From the NCBI GenBank assembly GCA_965224085.1, contig CBDCYI010000005.1, positions 1,536,001 through 1,600,000 on the forward strand: DNA of 64,000 nucleotides. Direction: 5' to 3'. A program made the position numbers and the translations under genes. Shown one piece after another: positions 50,089 to 60,408 of the stretch (positions are counted from its first letter, which is position 1; each line of letters begins with the position of its first letter). The DNA is from Candidatus Marinacidobacterales bacterium. GTDB lineage: Bacteria; Acidobacteriota; Vicinamibacteria; Marinacidobacterales; SMYC01. The notes beneath the pieces were generated by a model. That model did not search any database and was not told the DNA's origin. It saw only the letters and a program-made list of their open reading frames with translations.

Positions 50089-51350
50089 TGCCGCTCGCCT
50101 TGACGGACAGGGATGAAGCGCTCCTCGGGGGCAAGCTCGGCCCTGCGCCCAAGATGGCGATGTCGATCCTGACGCGGATGGCGCGCGTCTACGGCGCCCT
50201 CGAGATGATGGACATCACCGCAGCCCATATCGACAGCACGATCTATGTCGGCGATGCCGGGCTCGAGTTCGCCGAGCGCCTCGCCGAAGCCGGCGGCAAG
50301 GTCGCCGTCCCGTCGACGCTCAACGTGAGCGGTCTCGACGAAGAGCATTGGCGCGAGTGGAACGTCCCCTCGGATTGGGCCGAGAAAGCCCGTCGCCACA
50401 TGGTCGCCTATCAAAAGATGGGCACGATCCCCACTTGGACGTGCGCCCCCTACCAGACGGAGCACGCCCCAAAGCTCGGACAACAAATTGCGTGGGGCGA
50501 GTCGAACGCCATCGTCTACGCGAACTCGGTTCTCGGCGCCCGCACGGCACGCTATCCCGACTTTGTCGACATTTGCGCTGCCATCACTGCGCGCGTCCCC
50601 GCGATGGGCCTGCATCTCGACGAGAACCGCGTGGGACAGATCGTCCTCGATCTCCAGGCGGTCCCCGAATCGATCGCGATGCGCGACGACTTCTACCCCG
50701 TTATCGGAACGCTCATGGGAAGCCGCGCCGAAGAGCGGGTTCCAGTGCTCGTGAACATCGCGGCACACCCAACAGGCGATCAGCTGAAAGCGCTCGGCGC
50801 CGCAGCCGCCTCGGCGGGCGGCGTCGGCCTCTATCACTGGGTCGGCGTGACCCCGGAAGCGCCTACGCTCGACAAAGCCCTCGCCCATCGAGCTCCAGAA
50901 GCACGGTTCGACATCTCGGTGGAAGAGCTTCGCGCCACCCATCGCGTGCTGACGACGACGAGCGCCACGAAGCTCGACCTCGTCGTTCTCGGGAGCCCTC
51001 ACTTCTCGCTCGAAGAGTTCCGCCAGCTAGCACCCCTTCTCGACGGCAAGACCCGAAGCGCACATTTAGAGTTTCTCGTGACGACGAGCCGCATCATGAG
51101 CGAGCTCGCCCGAGCGGCAGGCTGCCTCGAGCCGCTGGCACGGTTCGGTGGGAAGTTGACCGTGGATACATGCATCCTCGCGACGCCGATGCTTCCCCGA
51201 ACGGTCAAAACACTGATGACGAACTCCGGCAAATACGCGTTCTACTCGCCCGGCCTCCTCGACGTCGAAGTGGTCTATGGCAGCCTCGAAGACTGCGTCG
51301 ATTCCGCGGTCGCAGGGCGCGTCGTGCGCCATCCCTCGCCGTGGGATTGA
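50088..51350 (+). CDS. aconitase X catalytic (large) subunit
   Basis: AHID, TWTCAPY, AWGESNA..NSVLGART, TPEA, GSPHFS, DTC, TNSGKYA. Confidence 0.9.
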   Translation: MPLALTDRDEALLGGKLGPAPKMAMSILTRMARVYGALEMMDITAAHIDSTIYVGDAGLEFAERLAEAGGKVAVPSTLNVSGLDEEHWREWNVPSDWAEKARRHMVAYQKMGTIPTWTCAPYQTEHAPKLGQQIAWGESNAIVYANSVLGARTARYPDFVDICAAITARVPAMGLHLDENRVGQIVLDLQAVPESIAMRDDFYPVIGTLMGSRAEERVPVLVNIAAHPTGDQLKALGAAAASAGGVGLYHWVGVTPEAPTLDKALAHRAPEARFDISVEELRATHRVLTTTSATKLDLVVLGSPHFSLEEFRQLAPLLDGKTRSAHLEFLVTTSRIMSELARAAGCLEPLARFGGKLTVDTCILATPMLPRTVKTLMTNSGKYAFYSPGLLDVEVVYGSLEDCVDSAVAGRVVRHPSPWD

Positions 51351-51789
51351 CCTTTCCTTCTGCGCGAGGCTATCGTCGCGATTCTCTGGGTCCGGACGGC
51401 GGACGTGAGAAGGACGACCAACGTGAAGAAGCCATCACTTGCGTTTGCGACGGCTTGGCACAAAACGGCCTGTCAGGAAAAACGTTCCGCGACTTCGGCA
51501 GTGTCTGCCAGTGAGCTAAGGACTCGCTGGGTGGCGACGGCGAGCGATTGAGGGGCGCTTGCCGTCAGTGGCCCAGGGGTAGCTGTGTTCGAGCGCGATG
51601 CGCCGCTGGGGGCGGATCCGGAGCGAGAGGTCTTGCGGGCTTTGGCCGGGCTCCTCCCAGCGGAGTTGAGTGCGTTAGTCAGAATGATGGCTGCCTCCGG
51701 CCTGTCCCCGCGCCAGAGCCACGCTACGGAGAGGAATCTCTGGCGCGTGCGGCGTGTTAGTGAAGTCGTCGGCTGGTATAACTACTAGC

Positions 51790-52644
51790 TTAGAAACGAA
51801 GCCAAGCGGCCACGGGGTAGTGGTCGGACGGGAACCGGCCGTCCCAGTCGTCGCGGAGAATCCCCGCGTCGACAACGTCGAAGCCGAGCGTCACAAGAAT
51901 GTAGTCGAGCTTCCGCCCGCCGGTTCTTCCGTCGAACGCGTTGAACGTGCCCGCGTCGTTGCGTGTCGGATGTATGATGCGGAACGTGTCCTGCATCGAC
52001 TTCAGATATTGGATCGGCGGAGAATTCTCTCCTGCATTCAGATCGCCGGTCAGGATGACGGGGTCGCGATGCTCGCGCCCGTTGATCCGCTCTTGCACGA
52101 GCTTTGCCCCTTCCAGGCGGGCCGCCGGGCTCATGTGATCGAAATGCGAGTTGAACTGGTAGAACTTTCGGCCGTTATCGGCTCGGAAGCGCGCCCACGT
52201 GCAGACCCGCGGGAACTTGCTCTCCCAACTAAGGCTTCCGGGCTCCTCCGGACGTTTGCTCAGCCAAAAGTAGCCGGAATCCAGAAGGGTAAGGCGAGCC
52301 TTGTCGTAGAGAATCCAGGACTCCTCGGCATGGCCGGTCGTTTGCCCGGCCGGAGGACCGATCGCTTCATACCCCGGAAAGGCTTCGAGAATGTCTTCAC
52401 GCTGGAAGTCGAGAAGCTCTTGCATTCCCACGGCATCGGGCCGGTAGCGGCGGAACACGTTCAGTGCCAGCTTTCGTCGATTTTCCCAATTGTTCTTCCG
52501 GTCAAGCGCCGCTCCGAACCGAATGTTGTACGAGAGGATCGTCAAGTCGGTGGGTTGGTCCTGAAGCGAACCTTTGCAGGACGGAACCAGCAGCGCGGCG
52601 ATGAAGAAGAGACGCGAGGTAGCATCACGCGCCTCTAGTGCCAT
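51790..52644 (-). CDS. endonuclease/exonuclease/phosphatase family lipoprotein
   Basis: SYNIR, GMQE, NSHFDH, TGDLN, LDYI, PSDHYPV. Confidence 0.88.
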   Translation of the reverse strand: MALEARDATSRLFFIAALLVPSCKGSLQDQPTDLTILSYNIRFGAALDRKNNWENRRKLALNVFRRYRPDAVGMQELLDFQREDILEAFPGYEAIGPPAGQTTGHAEESWILYDKARLTLLDSGYFWLSKRPEEPGSLSWESKFPRVCTWARFRADNGRKFYQFNSHFDHMSPAARLEGAKLVQERINGREHRDPVILTGDLNAGENSPPIQYLKSMQDTFRIIHPTRNDAGTFNAFDGRTGGRKLDYILVTLGFDVVDAGILRDDWDGRFPSDHYPVAAWLRF

Positions 52645-52727
52645 GCCGCGGGAGCATACCATACCCGAGCTCTCGATTAGGCTACGCTGGTAGGAGCGCC
52701 GTCCCGTCGAGGCGCGGTCGAGCACCG

Positions 52728-53548
52728 TCAGGTGGATTGGGGTATCGCGTAGCTCGCGACGACGACCGTCACGTTGTCTTTTCCGCCGTTCGTGAGTGCC
52801 GCCTCGACGAGCGATTGGCAAGCCGGCGTTGCCTCGCGGTGTGTCTTCAAGAGCTCGGTAATCGTTTCGTCGTCCACCATATCGTGAAGACCGTCACTGC
52901 AGAGAAGAATCTGATCGCCGTCGAACAGACGCATGCGATGGATCTCGGCCTCGCCTTTCGACTTCTCGCCTCCGAGAGCGTTCGTGAGGACGTGTCGCAG
53001 ACGGTGGGTCGCGACCGCCTCGGGCTTGATGATGCCAGCATCGGCGAGCATTTGTGCGTGGGTCTGGTCACGCGTCAGCCGACGCAAGACGCTGTCGCGA
53101 TGGAGATAGGCACGGGAGTCGCCGATGTGAACGACGAAGAGATCGTCTCCGACGCTGTAGGCGCCCGTCATCGTCGTCCCCATGCCTCGAAGCTCCGGTT
53201 TCAGCCGAGCTTCTTCTACGAGCTTGGTATTCACTTCACGATAGTAACGACCGGCGCGCTCCATGACTTTTTGAGCATGCTCTTCGTCGAGCCGCAAGAT
53301 CCAATCCGGCACGTGCAAGACGATATTGACGAGTGTTTTGATCGCTAGCCGGCTCGCGACTTCACCTCCGGCGTGGCCCCCCATGCCGTCCGCGACGATC
53401 GCCACGTAGCTCGTATCCTCGAATCGGTCAGGGAGCTCGCCTTTGGGCAGATTGGTCAGCATCGTGTCGATATGCCGGCCCGCGCGAGCGACAAGATAGT
53501 GGTCCTGATTCGCATCCCGCACCTTGCCTTTGTCCGAGAGCGCGCCTC
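52728..53548 (-). CDS. PP2C/PPM Ser/Thr phosphatase, native 5' end apparently lost
   Basis: SDKGKVRDANQD, VADGMGGH, MGTT, HIGDSRAY, LCSDG, GGKDNVT; upstream is DUF2961 remnant DNA. Confidence 0.8.
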
Positions 53549-53549
53549 T

Positions 53550-54326
53550 TGAATCTGACGCCGTATAGAGACGCCTCACGCCGCAGCGCGGTGTGGCCCT
53601 CAGGAACGTCGAGTGCCAAACGAAAACCCTCGCCGACATCACTCGTAAGTCCCTCATCAGTGAAAATCGCGTCGGAGCGACCTTCGAACGACGACGTCAC
53701 GGTTAACGGTCCACCGACATCCGTCGCGGACAGCTTCATCATCGCGCTCGGCTTCTGATAGAAAAACGCCACACTCGAGTACATCGCGTTGGCGCTGTTG
53801 CGGGTGCCGTGCTCGGTCGATACAGAGATCCCGTTCTGAAACGGGATGCCCTCCACAAAGAATCGGTAGACCGTCGTCGCCGCACTCCACTGGAAATCAA
53901 CTTGCGTGAGCGCGGTCGTTTTCGGCTCGCCGTGCATTGGAAGCGAATAAGGATTCATGAGCCACTCGTTGGACCAGCCACCGAGATATTCGTCCTCGTG
54001 ATAAAGTCGTCGACATCCATGTCGATGCGCGGCGACGCCTCGTCGTCGAAATGGAACTTGATGCGCCCCCATCTCAGAGGGCTCCGGCCGTTCATGCGGC
54101 TTGTGAACCAAAGATCGTAGAGCGTTCCCGGGCCCCTTCACATCGAAGATGACGTGCTCGCCGCTTTCGTCGACATAGGCGCCGAGTAGGTGCCGTCGAA
54201 GCCATCATCATTGCCTCCGGTGCGGTCATAGCTCGATACATAGTGCGCTTGAGTGTCGGAGCGGAGTCGCGGGTAATCCGCGAAGTTGGCGATGGAGAGA
54301 ACAGCGAGCAACAAGGCGGCCGGCAT
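53550..54326 (-). pseudogene. DUF2961 (GH172-like) protein, fragmented
   Basis: Signal peptide, SSYDRTGGNDDG, EDEYLGGW, YRFF..IPF..EHG..YSSVAFFY, with frameshifts and deletions. Confidence 0.7.
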
Positions 54327-54381
54327 CGGCAGCATCCTATCACTCTGGACAAGACCCCAGAAGGAGTGGAAAGATGCCTCC

Positions 54382-54819
54382 GTGACACTTCGGATTCAAG
54401 CGGAGGTCGTGATCGCAGGCGCAGCCGAAGGCGAGGCGCTCGTGAGCTCCGAGCCTTTGAGCTTTTGGGGCGGGTATGACGCGCAGACAGGCGAGATCGT
54501 CGATCGTCGACATCCGCTCTCAGGCCATATCGCGGCGGGAAAAGTGCTCGTTCTTCCCTTCACCAAGGGCTCGAGCACGACGACGGCGATCTTGCTCGAA
54601 GCGGTACGGACCGGAAACGCTCCCGCTGCCATGGTAAGCCGCGGGAAGGACATGTTCTTGTCGCTGGCCTCGATCGTGGCGGACGAGATGTACCAAAAAC
54701 CCATCCCGATTCTCGCAGCCTCGCCATCCGATTTCGATACTTTTCGATCGGGTCAGAACGTGGTCATCGAAGTGGACGGCACCATCACCATCGACGAAGA
54801 AGGAGCCAAGAAACCATGA
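54382..54819 (+). CDS. aconitase X swivel (small) subunit, DUF126
   Basis: [30 protein letters not shown]. Confidence 0.88.
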   Translation: MTLRIQAEVVIAGAAEGEALVSSEPLSFWGGYDAQTGEIVDRRHPLSGHIAAGKVLVLPFTKGSSTTTAILLEAVRTGNAPAAMVSRGKDMFLSLASIVADEMYQKPIPILAASPSDFDTFRSGQNVVIEVDGTITIDEEGAKKP

Positions 54820-55331
54820 TGTATCTTTGTTTGAGCGTCGCCATCATGACACTCGCCAACGACGTCTATGACCGCGTCGAGCACGGCTACGCGGATAGCA
54901 ACGGTGTCAAAATCCACTATGCGAGCCTCGGCGACGGCCCGCTCGTCGTGATGGTCCATGGGTTCCCGGACTTTTGGTACACGCGCCGGGACCAGATGGA
55001 CGCTCTTTCGAGTCAATTCCAAGTCGTAGCGATCGATATGAGGGGCTACAACAAGAGCGACAAGCCCGAAGGCGTCGCGAGCTACGCGATGCCGCTTCTC
55101 GTCGGCGATGTCGCCGCCGTCATTCGCCACCTCGGCCAAGACAAAGCCGTCATCGTCGGCCACGATTGGGGAGGCATCGTGGCGTGGCAATTCGCCCTCA
55201 ACAATACTTGGGATTGGCTCGAGAAGGACTTGACGCTCGTAACGGTTCCGGGAGCGGGCCACTTCGTGCAACAAGACGCAAGCGAGCTCGTGACGAAGAC
55301 GATGAAGTGGTGGTTGGTCCGTGATAAATAG
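54816..55331 (+). pseudogene. epoxide-hydrolase-like alpha/beta hydrolase, in-frame internal deletion
   Basis: [14 protein letters not shown], then jumps directly to the C-terminal PGAGHFVQQ; only 171 aa. Confidence 0.75.
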
Positions 55332-55485
55332 AAGCTACCTGCTACCGGCCGCCCAGTTCAGCGACCAGTTTCAGTGAGAGGCGGTAGCAGGTAGCGGGTA
55401 GCCGCGGCGGGGCCAACGGACACAAGTCAGACCGCAACCTTCTTCCAGAGAGCGTCGGCCTGTGAGCTAGCGACCGCTGCAAGTC

Positions 55486-55770
55486 ATGAGCCGGCGCTTC
55501 GTATCGACCTACTTGTTCTCGGAGCGCGATCTCATCGTGACAGTGGGCCAGGACGGTCTCGTGGCCAACACCGCGAAATATGTAGGCGCGCAGCCGATCG
55601 TAGCGGTCAACCCGGACCCGGAGCGGTTCGATGGCGTGCTTCTGCCTTTTCGCGTCGACGAAGCGCGACGCGCCGTCGAGGCGGTCGTCGCCGGTGCCGC
55701 GCGCGCGCGTCACGTCACTCTAGGGAAGGCAGTGCTCAGCGACGGACAACAACTTCTCGCGTTCAACGAC
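55486..55770 (+). pseudogene. NAD-kinase-like protein fragment
   Basis: VGQDGLVANTAKY..VNPDPERFDGVLL..AFND. Confidence 0.6.
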
Positions 55771-56021
55771 TTTACCTTTTTCTCGGACTCCTCCATCCGA
55801 GCCTCACGACTTCGGAAATAGGTCACGCCAGCCGCCCACACTTCCTGACTCGCAATCGGTGCTCTCGGCGCACTAATCGGCGAGGTTTCGCGGAAATCCT
55901 CGAGCGCGGTCTCGAGCCTAGTCCCGGTGAAGAGCGCGTCGATGGCCAGCCTGTCCGAGCGTAGCCAACGGCCGTCGTGCTCGACGACAACGGCATCATG
56001 GTCTCGATAGAGTTTGATCAT
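55770..56021 (-). pseudogene. FAH-family (2-keto-3-deoxy acid dehydratase-like) N-terminal fragment
   Basis: APIASQEVWAAGVTYFRSREARMEES; truncated tail-to-tail against the kinase fragment. Confidence 0.65.
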
Positions 56022-56134
56022 GTTTCGTGACGTCCTGTCCTTTCTGTGGGAGCGCTACGGCCGCCAGCACTTCGAGAGCGGAGAACCGCTGCCTCCCGAC
56101 CTGATGCCGTATGTGGAGCACACCTATCGATGGG

Positions 56135-56820
56135 CGTCGGGTCAAATTACTCGAAAGCGTGGCGAGCCGGCGGTTTGAAGGTCGGGCCCTCTCCGTCTCT
56201 GTCGGCTTGAAACCGGTGTCAGCTTCCGATAGTTACTCCAGTTCTCAAGAGGAGAAACGATGGACTGGAAGACTATGCTGGCGTACATCTCAGGATCGGT
56301 GGATGAGGAGCTGCTCCTACGCAACGAGTATCTTGCGGCCGAGAGTCGAATCCTTAGAAATCAAATCCAGAGTCGCTTCGCCTAAGCGACAGTGAACGGC
56401 GGACACTGGCCGAGATCGGAAGGCGGCTCGGTAAGCAAGCCCTCGATGAAATCGCGAGTATCGTGAAACCTGAGACAATCCTGGGTTGGCACCGGAAGCT
56501 CGTCGCGAGAAAGTTCGACGGCTCCAAGAGCTACCCGCAAGAAGTCCGAATCTGTTTCGTTCGCGGAGCGCTGGGTGCAACCAGCAAAGGCCGAGTGCCT
56601 GTCAAAGCTGATCCTCTTCGGGGATAGGTCGCTCCGCCTCGCTCTGAGGGAGTACGTTTCCCATTTTCACCAAGAGAGAAATCATCAAGGCAAGGGCAAT
56701 CTATGTTGTTCCCCGCCAGCGAGCATACCCGGAACGACGGCCCAGTTCGCTGTCGGGCGCGGCTCGGCGGATTGCTTCGTTTCTATCATCGGGATGCCGC
56801 ATGAGTTTTTTGACCCGACG
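56135..56820 (+). mobile_element. internally deleted integrase-core (rve) IS with 18-bp TIRs
   Basis: CGTCGGGTCAAATTACTC vs reverse complement of the right end CGTCGGGTCAAAAAACTC; remnants VKPETILGWHR, AERW..ECL..ERNHQG, LGGLL.FY. Confidence 0.8.
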
Positions 56821-56853
56821 GGGGCCGGCGACCCGTCGAGCTGTCGCCCTTTG

Positions 56854-57168
56854 TCAGTCGCAGCCGCTAGCAATGACCAAGGCGCGGCAAACTCTCGCCA
56901 TTTTTTCCGCCGTCACAGAACCCACGAAACGAACAAGCTCGTGTTGTGTGACGGTGAAAACGTTGCACAAATTCACGCACGACGTTTTTTTCAGTCCCTC
57001 GTCAACACCGACTTCAACTTCTGTTGGTGCGCCGCGCAGCGTCGACGTGACCGCCACCACGGTAACGGTGTGTAGAGAGCGAATGAGCGACTGGCGGCTC
57101 AGGATAAGAACGGGACGGCGTTTGTCTGGCTTGGGTCGATCCAGCAGCCAGAGCTCACCTCGGTTCAA
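56854..57168 (-). CDS. mazF: PemK/MazF family toxin
   Basis: RGELW..DKRRPVLILS..VAVTS..DEGL..VNLCNVFTV; TTG start overlaps the antitoxin stop. Confidence 0.88.
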   Translation of the reverse strand: MNRGELWLLDRPKPDKRRPVLILSRQSLIRSLHTVTVVAVTSTLRGAPTEVEVGVDEGLKKTSCVNLCNVFTVTQHELVRFVGSVTAEKMARVCRALVIASGCD

Positions 57169-57407
57169 TCCTCGGGCCATGCCTGAGAGCCCACAAGGTT
57201 CGCAACCTCGTCGAGCATCTTGTCTGCGCAACCGTCATAGGCGCGGATGAGCTCGTCATCGATCTCGAGACGTCTCTTGGCCTTGAGATATAGCTGGATG
57301 GCCGAACGAATAAACGCCGACCGGCCGCGCTTCCGGACTTCCGGCTCTCGATCGATGCGCTTCAGAAGGTCTTGATCCATGGACACCTGTATCGCCTGCA
57401 TCGACAT
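57165..57407 (-). CDS. ribbon-helix-helix (CopG-like) antitoxin
   Basis: IQVSMDQDLLKRID..GRSAFIRSAI; directly upstream of the toxin. Confidence 0.85.
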   Translation of the reverse strand: MSMQAIQVSMDQDLLKRIDREPEVRKRGRSAFIRSAIQLYLKAKRRLEIDDELIRAYDGCADKMLDEVANLVGSQAWPED

Positions 57408-57418
57408 AATGGTATTTT

Positions 57419-57436
57419 ACCACATAACTATGTGGT
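57419..57436. promoter_or_regulatory. palindromic operator of the TA operon
   Basis: ACCACATA-AC-TATGTGGT abutting the minus-strand -10 TAAAAT. Confidence 0.65.
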
Positions 57437-57798
57437 GAACTATGTTGTGTGTCCAACTCCGAATCTGTCGGTAATTAATAGCGGTTTGCAGGAATCGAGC
57501 GAAGCACGGCGTTACGCGAGGCACGATGCTTGTAGAGCGAGCATTCGTGCAAACCGTAATTGCTAAGCCGCCCAGCTAGCGGCAACTATGCATAAATTGG
57601 AGTGAGAAGACGGTCGGACAGGAAGTCGGAGTTGGACGTCAGGGAGTTGCGAATCGACAGAGATATGGCGGGGAAGATAGAAGAAGGGCCTACCCGGTGC
57701 GGTAACCACCACGGTAGCGTTATGAGTTCGCGACGAGACACACGAGTCCGTTTCAACGACCGGTCGGCGTTGTGAGAGGCGGAGCGAAAGCATCGTGA

Positions 57799-59046
57799 TC
57801 ATGACTCATCTGGAGGGGAGCGGATCTGGAGGTTGATCCGTCGAAGCTTCGTGGAGAGAGGGCATCGGAGCATGCGACCTTTCTTGCAGCGGGGACAGAT
57901 GGTGAGGTCGATGCCGGTGAGCTCCTTGAGCCGCTCGCGCCAGTCCTTGTCCTCGGTGGCACGCGAGCTGACTTGCACGTCGTCGGCGTCGGTCGTGGGT
58001 TTTGTTTTCTCATCGAGCAACTGGCGCGCGACTACGAGCTTGGTGGTCGCATTGGAGGAGGCCATTAAGCCGAAATGGCGAATCTTGACGAAACCTTTCG
58101 GCAGTACGTGCAGGAGGAAACGGCGGATAAATTCCTCTGGGGGGACGGTAACGGTATTACCATTCTTGGTGGCGAAGCAGACGCCGTAGTGGTCGATGCG
58201 AATGAGTCGGCGGTTGGAGATGCCGACCCGGTGGGTATATCGGCCGAGGTAGTTGAAAACCTGCTCTGGGCCACCGAAGGGTCGTTTGCTGTAAACGACC
58301 CAATCGATGCGGTAGAGCTTGTCTTTCAGCTCCCGGAAGCGAGGTGGGTTTCTGAGGTGGGAAGCGTTTGCGCTCAACTCAAGCTCATCTTGGTCGTAAG
58401 CGAGCCTAAGGGCATCGAGAAACTTGCTGCGAAAAAGCCGCGACATGGCCTTGACGGGAAACAGAAAGCGAGGGTTTGCGGCGTTCCACAGCTGCTGAGG
58501 GTGGTTGAGCCCGCCCCCGGAGACGATGCAATGCAGGTGTGGATGGAACAGGAGCTTCCGGGTCCAGGTGTGCAGTACGGCGGTGAAGGCAAGTTGAGCT
58601 TCGAGCCGGCTTTGGCCGAACTCCAATAGAGTTCGCGAGGCGGCGCGAAACAGGAGGTTGAACATGAACTTGGGATTGTCTCGGGCGAGAGGCTTGAGTT
58701 GCTGCGGGAGGGTGAAAACGACGTGGAAATAGTGAGTCGGAAGAATCCTCTGAGCTCGCTGCTCCATCCACTTCGCCTGGGCTAGGCTCTGACACTTGGG
58801 ACAGTGCCGATTGCGGCACGAGTTAAACGAAGGCGCCGCGTATCCGCAAGCGTTACACACGTCGAGATGGCCACCTAGCACCGCCGTGCGACAGTTCTCT
58901 ATAGCCCACATCACCTTGCGCTGCTCGGCTGTCAGCGCATGGGTTTGGCGAAAGCGTGGACCATGTTCGCGGAAGATTTCCGCGATCTCGAGCAGTGGCC
59001 GTGGTGGTGACTCGACGCGGGAAGGACACAGCCCATGGGGCTGCAT
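57799..59046 (-). CDS. IS91-family (Y2/HUH) transposase with Zn-binding domain
   Basis: CRTAVLGGH..C..C, NSCRNRHCPKCQ, HVVFTLP, LHTW..HPHLH, YLGRYTHR, IRHFG. Confidence 0.92.
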   Translation of the reverse strand: MQPHGLCPSRVESPPRPLLEIAEIFREHGPRFRQTHALTAEQRKVMWAIENCRTAVLGGHLDVCNACGYAAPSFNSCRNRHCPKCQSLAQAKWMEQRAQRILPTHYFHVVFTLPQQLKPLARDNPKFMFNLLFRAASRTLLEFGQSRLEAQLAFTAVLHTWTRKLLFHPHLHCIVSGGGLNHPQQLWNAANPRFLFPVKAMSRLFRSKFLDALRLAYDQDELELSANASHLRNPPRFRELKDKLYRIDWVVYSKRPFGGPEQVFNYLGRYTHRVGISNRRLIRIDHYGVCFATKNGNTVTVPPEEFIRRFLLHVLPKGFVKIRHFGLMASSNATTKLVVARQLLDEKTKPTTDADDVQVSSRATEDKDWRERLKELTGIDLTICPRCKKGRMLRCPLSTKLRRINLQIRSPPDES

Positions 59047-59052
59047 GATGAG

Positions 59053-59913
59053 CTAGCCGAGCTTTTTGCCCTTCTTCGTTCCCAGCAAATCGAGAGGGCT
59101 CTTGATGCGCCCCAAGTGCTTTGCTGTTACCTTTGTGTAACGGGCCGTGGTCTGGATGGAGGCATGACCGAGCAGTTGCTGCACGGTACGAATGTCTTCA
59201 CCCAGTTCGAGCATATGTGTGGCAAAACCGTGGCGCAGCGAATGAGGAGTGATACGTTTGGTGAGCCCCGCCTCAGCCACGGCCTTACGAAGAGCCCAGC
59301 GAACGCCATCGTCTGAGATGTGGGCACCAGGATTACGGCCGGGAAACAAGTACTCTCCGCGAGGGCGAGTGGTTTTCCAGTAGTAGCGCAGGAAGCTCAA
59401 CAAACGTTCGCTGAGCGTGACATAGCGGGCCTTGGAGTTCTTGGCGTGACGAATGTGCAAGAGCATGCGTTTGGAGTCGATGTCGGAGTGCTTCAGACAG
59501 CACACCTCGGAAACGCGCAGCCCGGCGCCGTAGGCGCTCATGAGAATCGCGCGGTGTTTGACGGAGTTAACGGAGTGAAGCAAACAATCGACCTCCTCGC
59601 CGCTCAAGATATCGGGTAACGTGCGAGGTTTCTTGGGCCAAGGAATCTTCGCCACCTCCTCCGGGCGGTTGAGTGTGGTTGCGTAGAGAAACTTGAGAGA
59701 GGCGACGTACATGTGGTGGCTGGCCGGAGAGGCCTTCTTCTCGTTAACGAGATGAATCAGATAATCGCGGGTCTTCGGCTCGCCCATCTCGGCGGGTGAG
59801 CGCATGTAATGTGCCGCGAAATGGCGCGCTCGCAGCAGATACTCCTCCTGCGTGGAGCGTGCGAACCCCTTCAGTTTCATGTCGGCAAGCATTTTTTCGC
59901 TAAGGCATCCCAT
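59053..59913 (-). CDS. tyrosine recombinase partner of the IS91-like element
   Basis: YGAGLRVSE, K, PHSLRHGFATH, LLGH..TTARY. Confidence 0.92.
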   Translation of the reverse strand: MGCLSEKMLADMKLKGFARSTQEEYLLRARHFAAHYMRSPAEMGEPKTRDYLIHLVNEKKASPASHHMYVASLKFLYATTLNRPEEVAKIPWPKKPRTLPDILSGEEVDCLLHSVNSVKHRAILMSAYGAGLRVSEVCCLKHSDIDSKRMLLHIRHAKNSKARYVTLSERLLSFLRYYWKTTRPRGEYLFPGRNPGAHISDDGVRWALRKAVAEAGLTKRITPHSLRHGFATHMLELGEDIRTVQQLLGHASIQTTARYTKVTAKHLGRIKSPLDLLGTKKGKKLG

Positions 59914-60408
59914 GATTATTCCTCCAGTGATTTAGCAGACGACGACCATCGCCGCCCGCGGGGGACAGGGATGATGCCATGTGTGAGAGAGCGGTTCCGA
60001 GAAACGCAGGACTCGTTGTCCGGAGCGAAGATCGAACGAATGAAGACGACGGCGAAGCCGTCCTCCTTAATCCCTTCTGGCTCCCGTGGCCCGGAAAAAC
60101 AAGGGAAACGGGTTAGAGGCGAGTGAGTTCACCGCGGCTGGCTTGCCGTGCAAAACCCGGAGTCCGGAGCCCCTGCCGGAGGCACCCGTCCGCCCATCGC
60201 CCATAGTGACTCGCATCACGGCGCGTAGGTTGTGTCCAGGGCGGCGCAGCCGGCGCGCGAAGCGCGCGAAACCCTTGACACGACCTGCGCGCCGTGATTC
60301 CCTGGAAGGGCGATGGGCTGCGGCGAAAAAGGCGCAGGCAAAATGCCCCCAGTTTGGCTCACCAGTTCGGGAGAGCTTGCAGGTCCCGCCGCCGCGCGAG
60401 CGGCTTAG

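Larger units (their letters stand above)
57560..59990 (-). mobile_element. integrase plus IS91-type transposase element (ends approximate)
   Basis: Two co-oriented genes 6 bp apart; candidate downstream end GCCGCTAGCTGGGCGGCTTAG near 57563-57583. Confidence 0.65.

Noticed and set aside
50088-51350. Archaeal-type mevalonate pathway AcnX feeding Tes-type lipids
   Set aside because: Context is proline/imino-acid catabolism and the GCPH cysteine is absent; no other mevalonate genes in the window
51351-51789. attC-like sites or ncRNA (GTTAGT motifs) in a non-coding gap
   Set aside because: No matching inverse core or stable fold visible; probably pseudogene debris
59053-59913. Integron integrase with the TA pair as a cassette
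   Set aside because: No IntI-specific insertion apparent, it is coupled to an IS91 transposase, and no convincing attC sites were found
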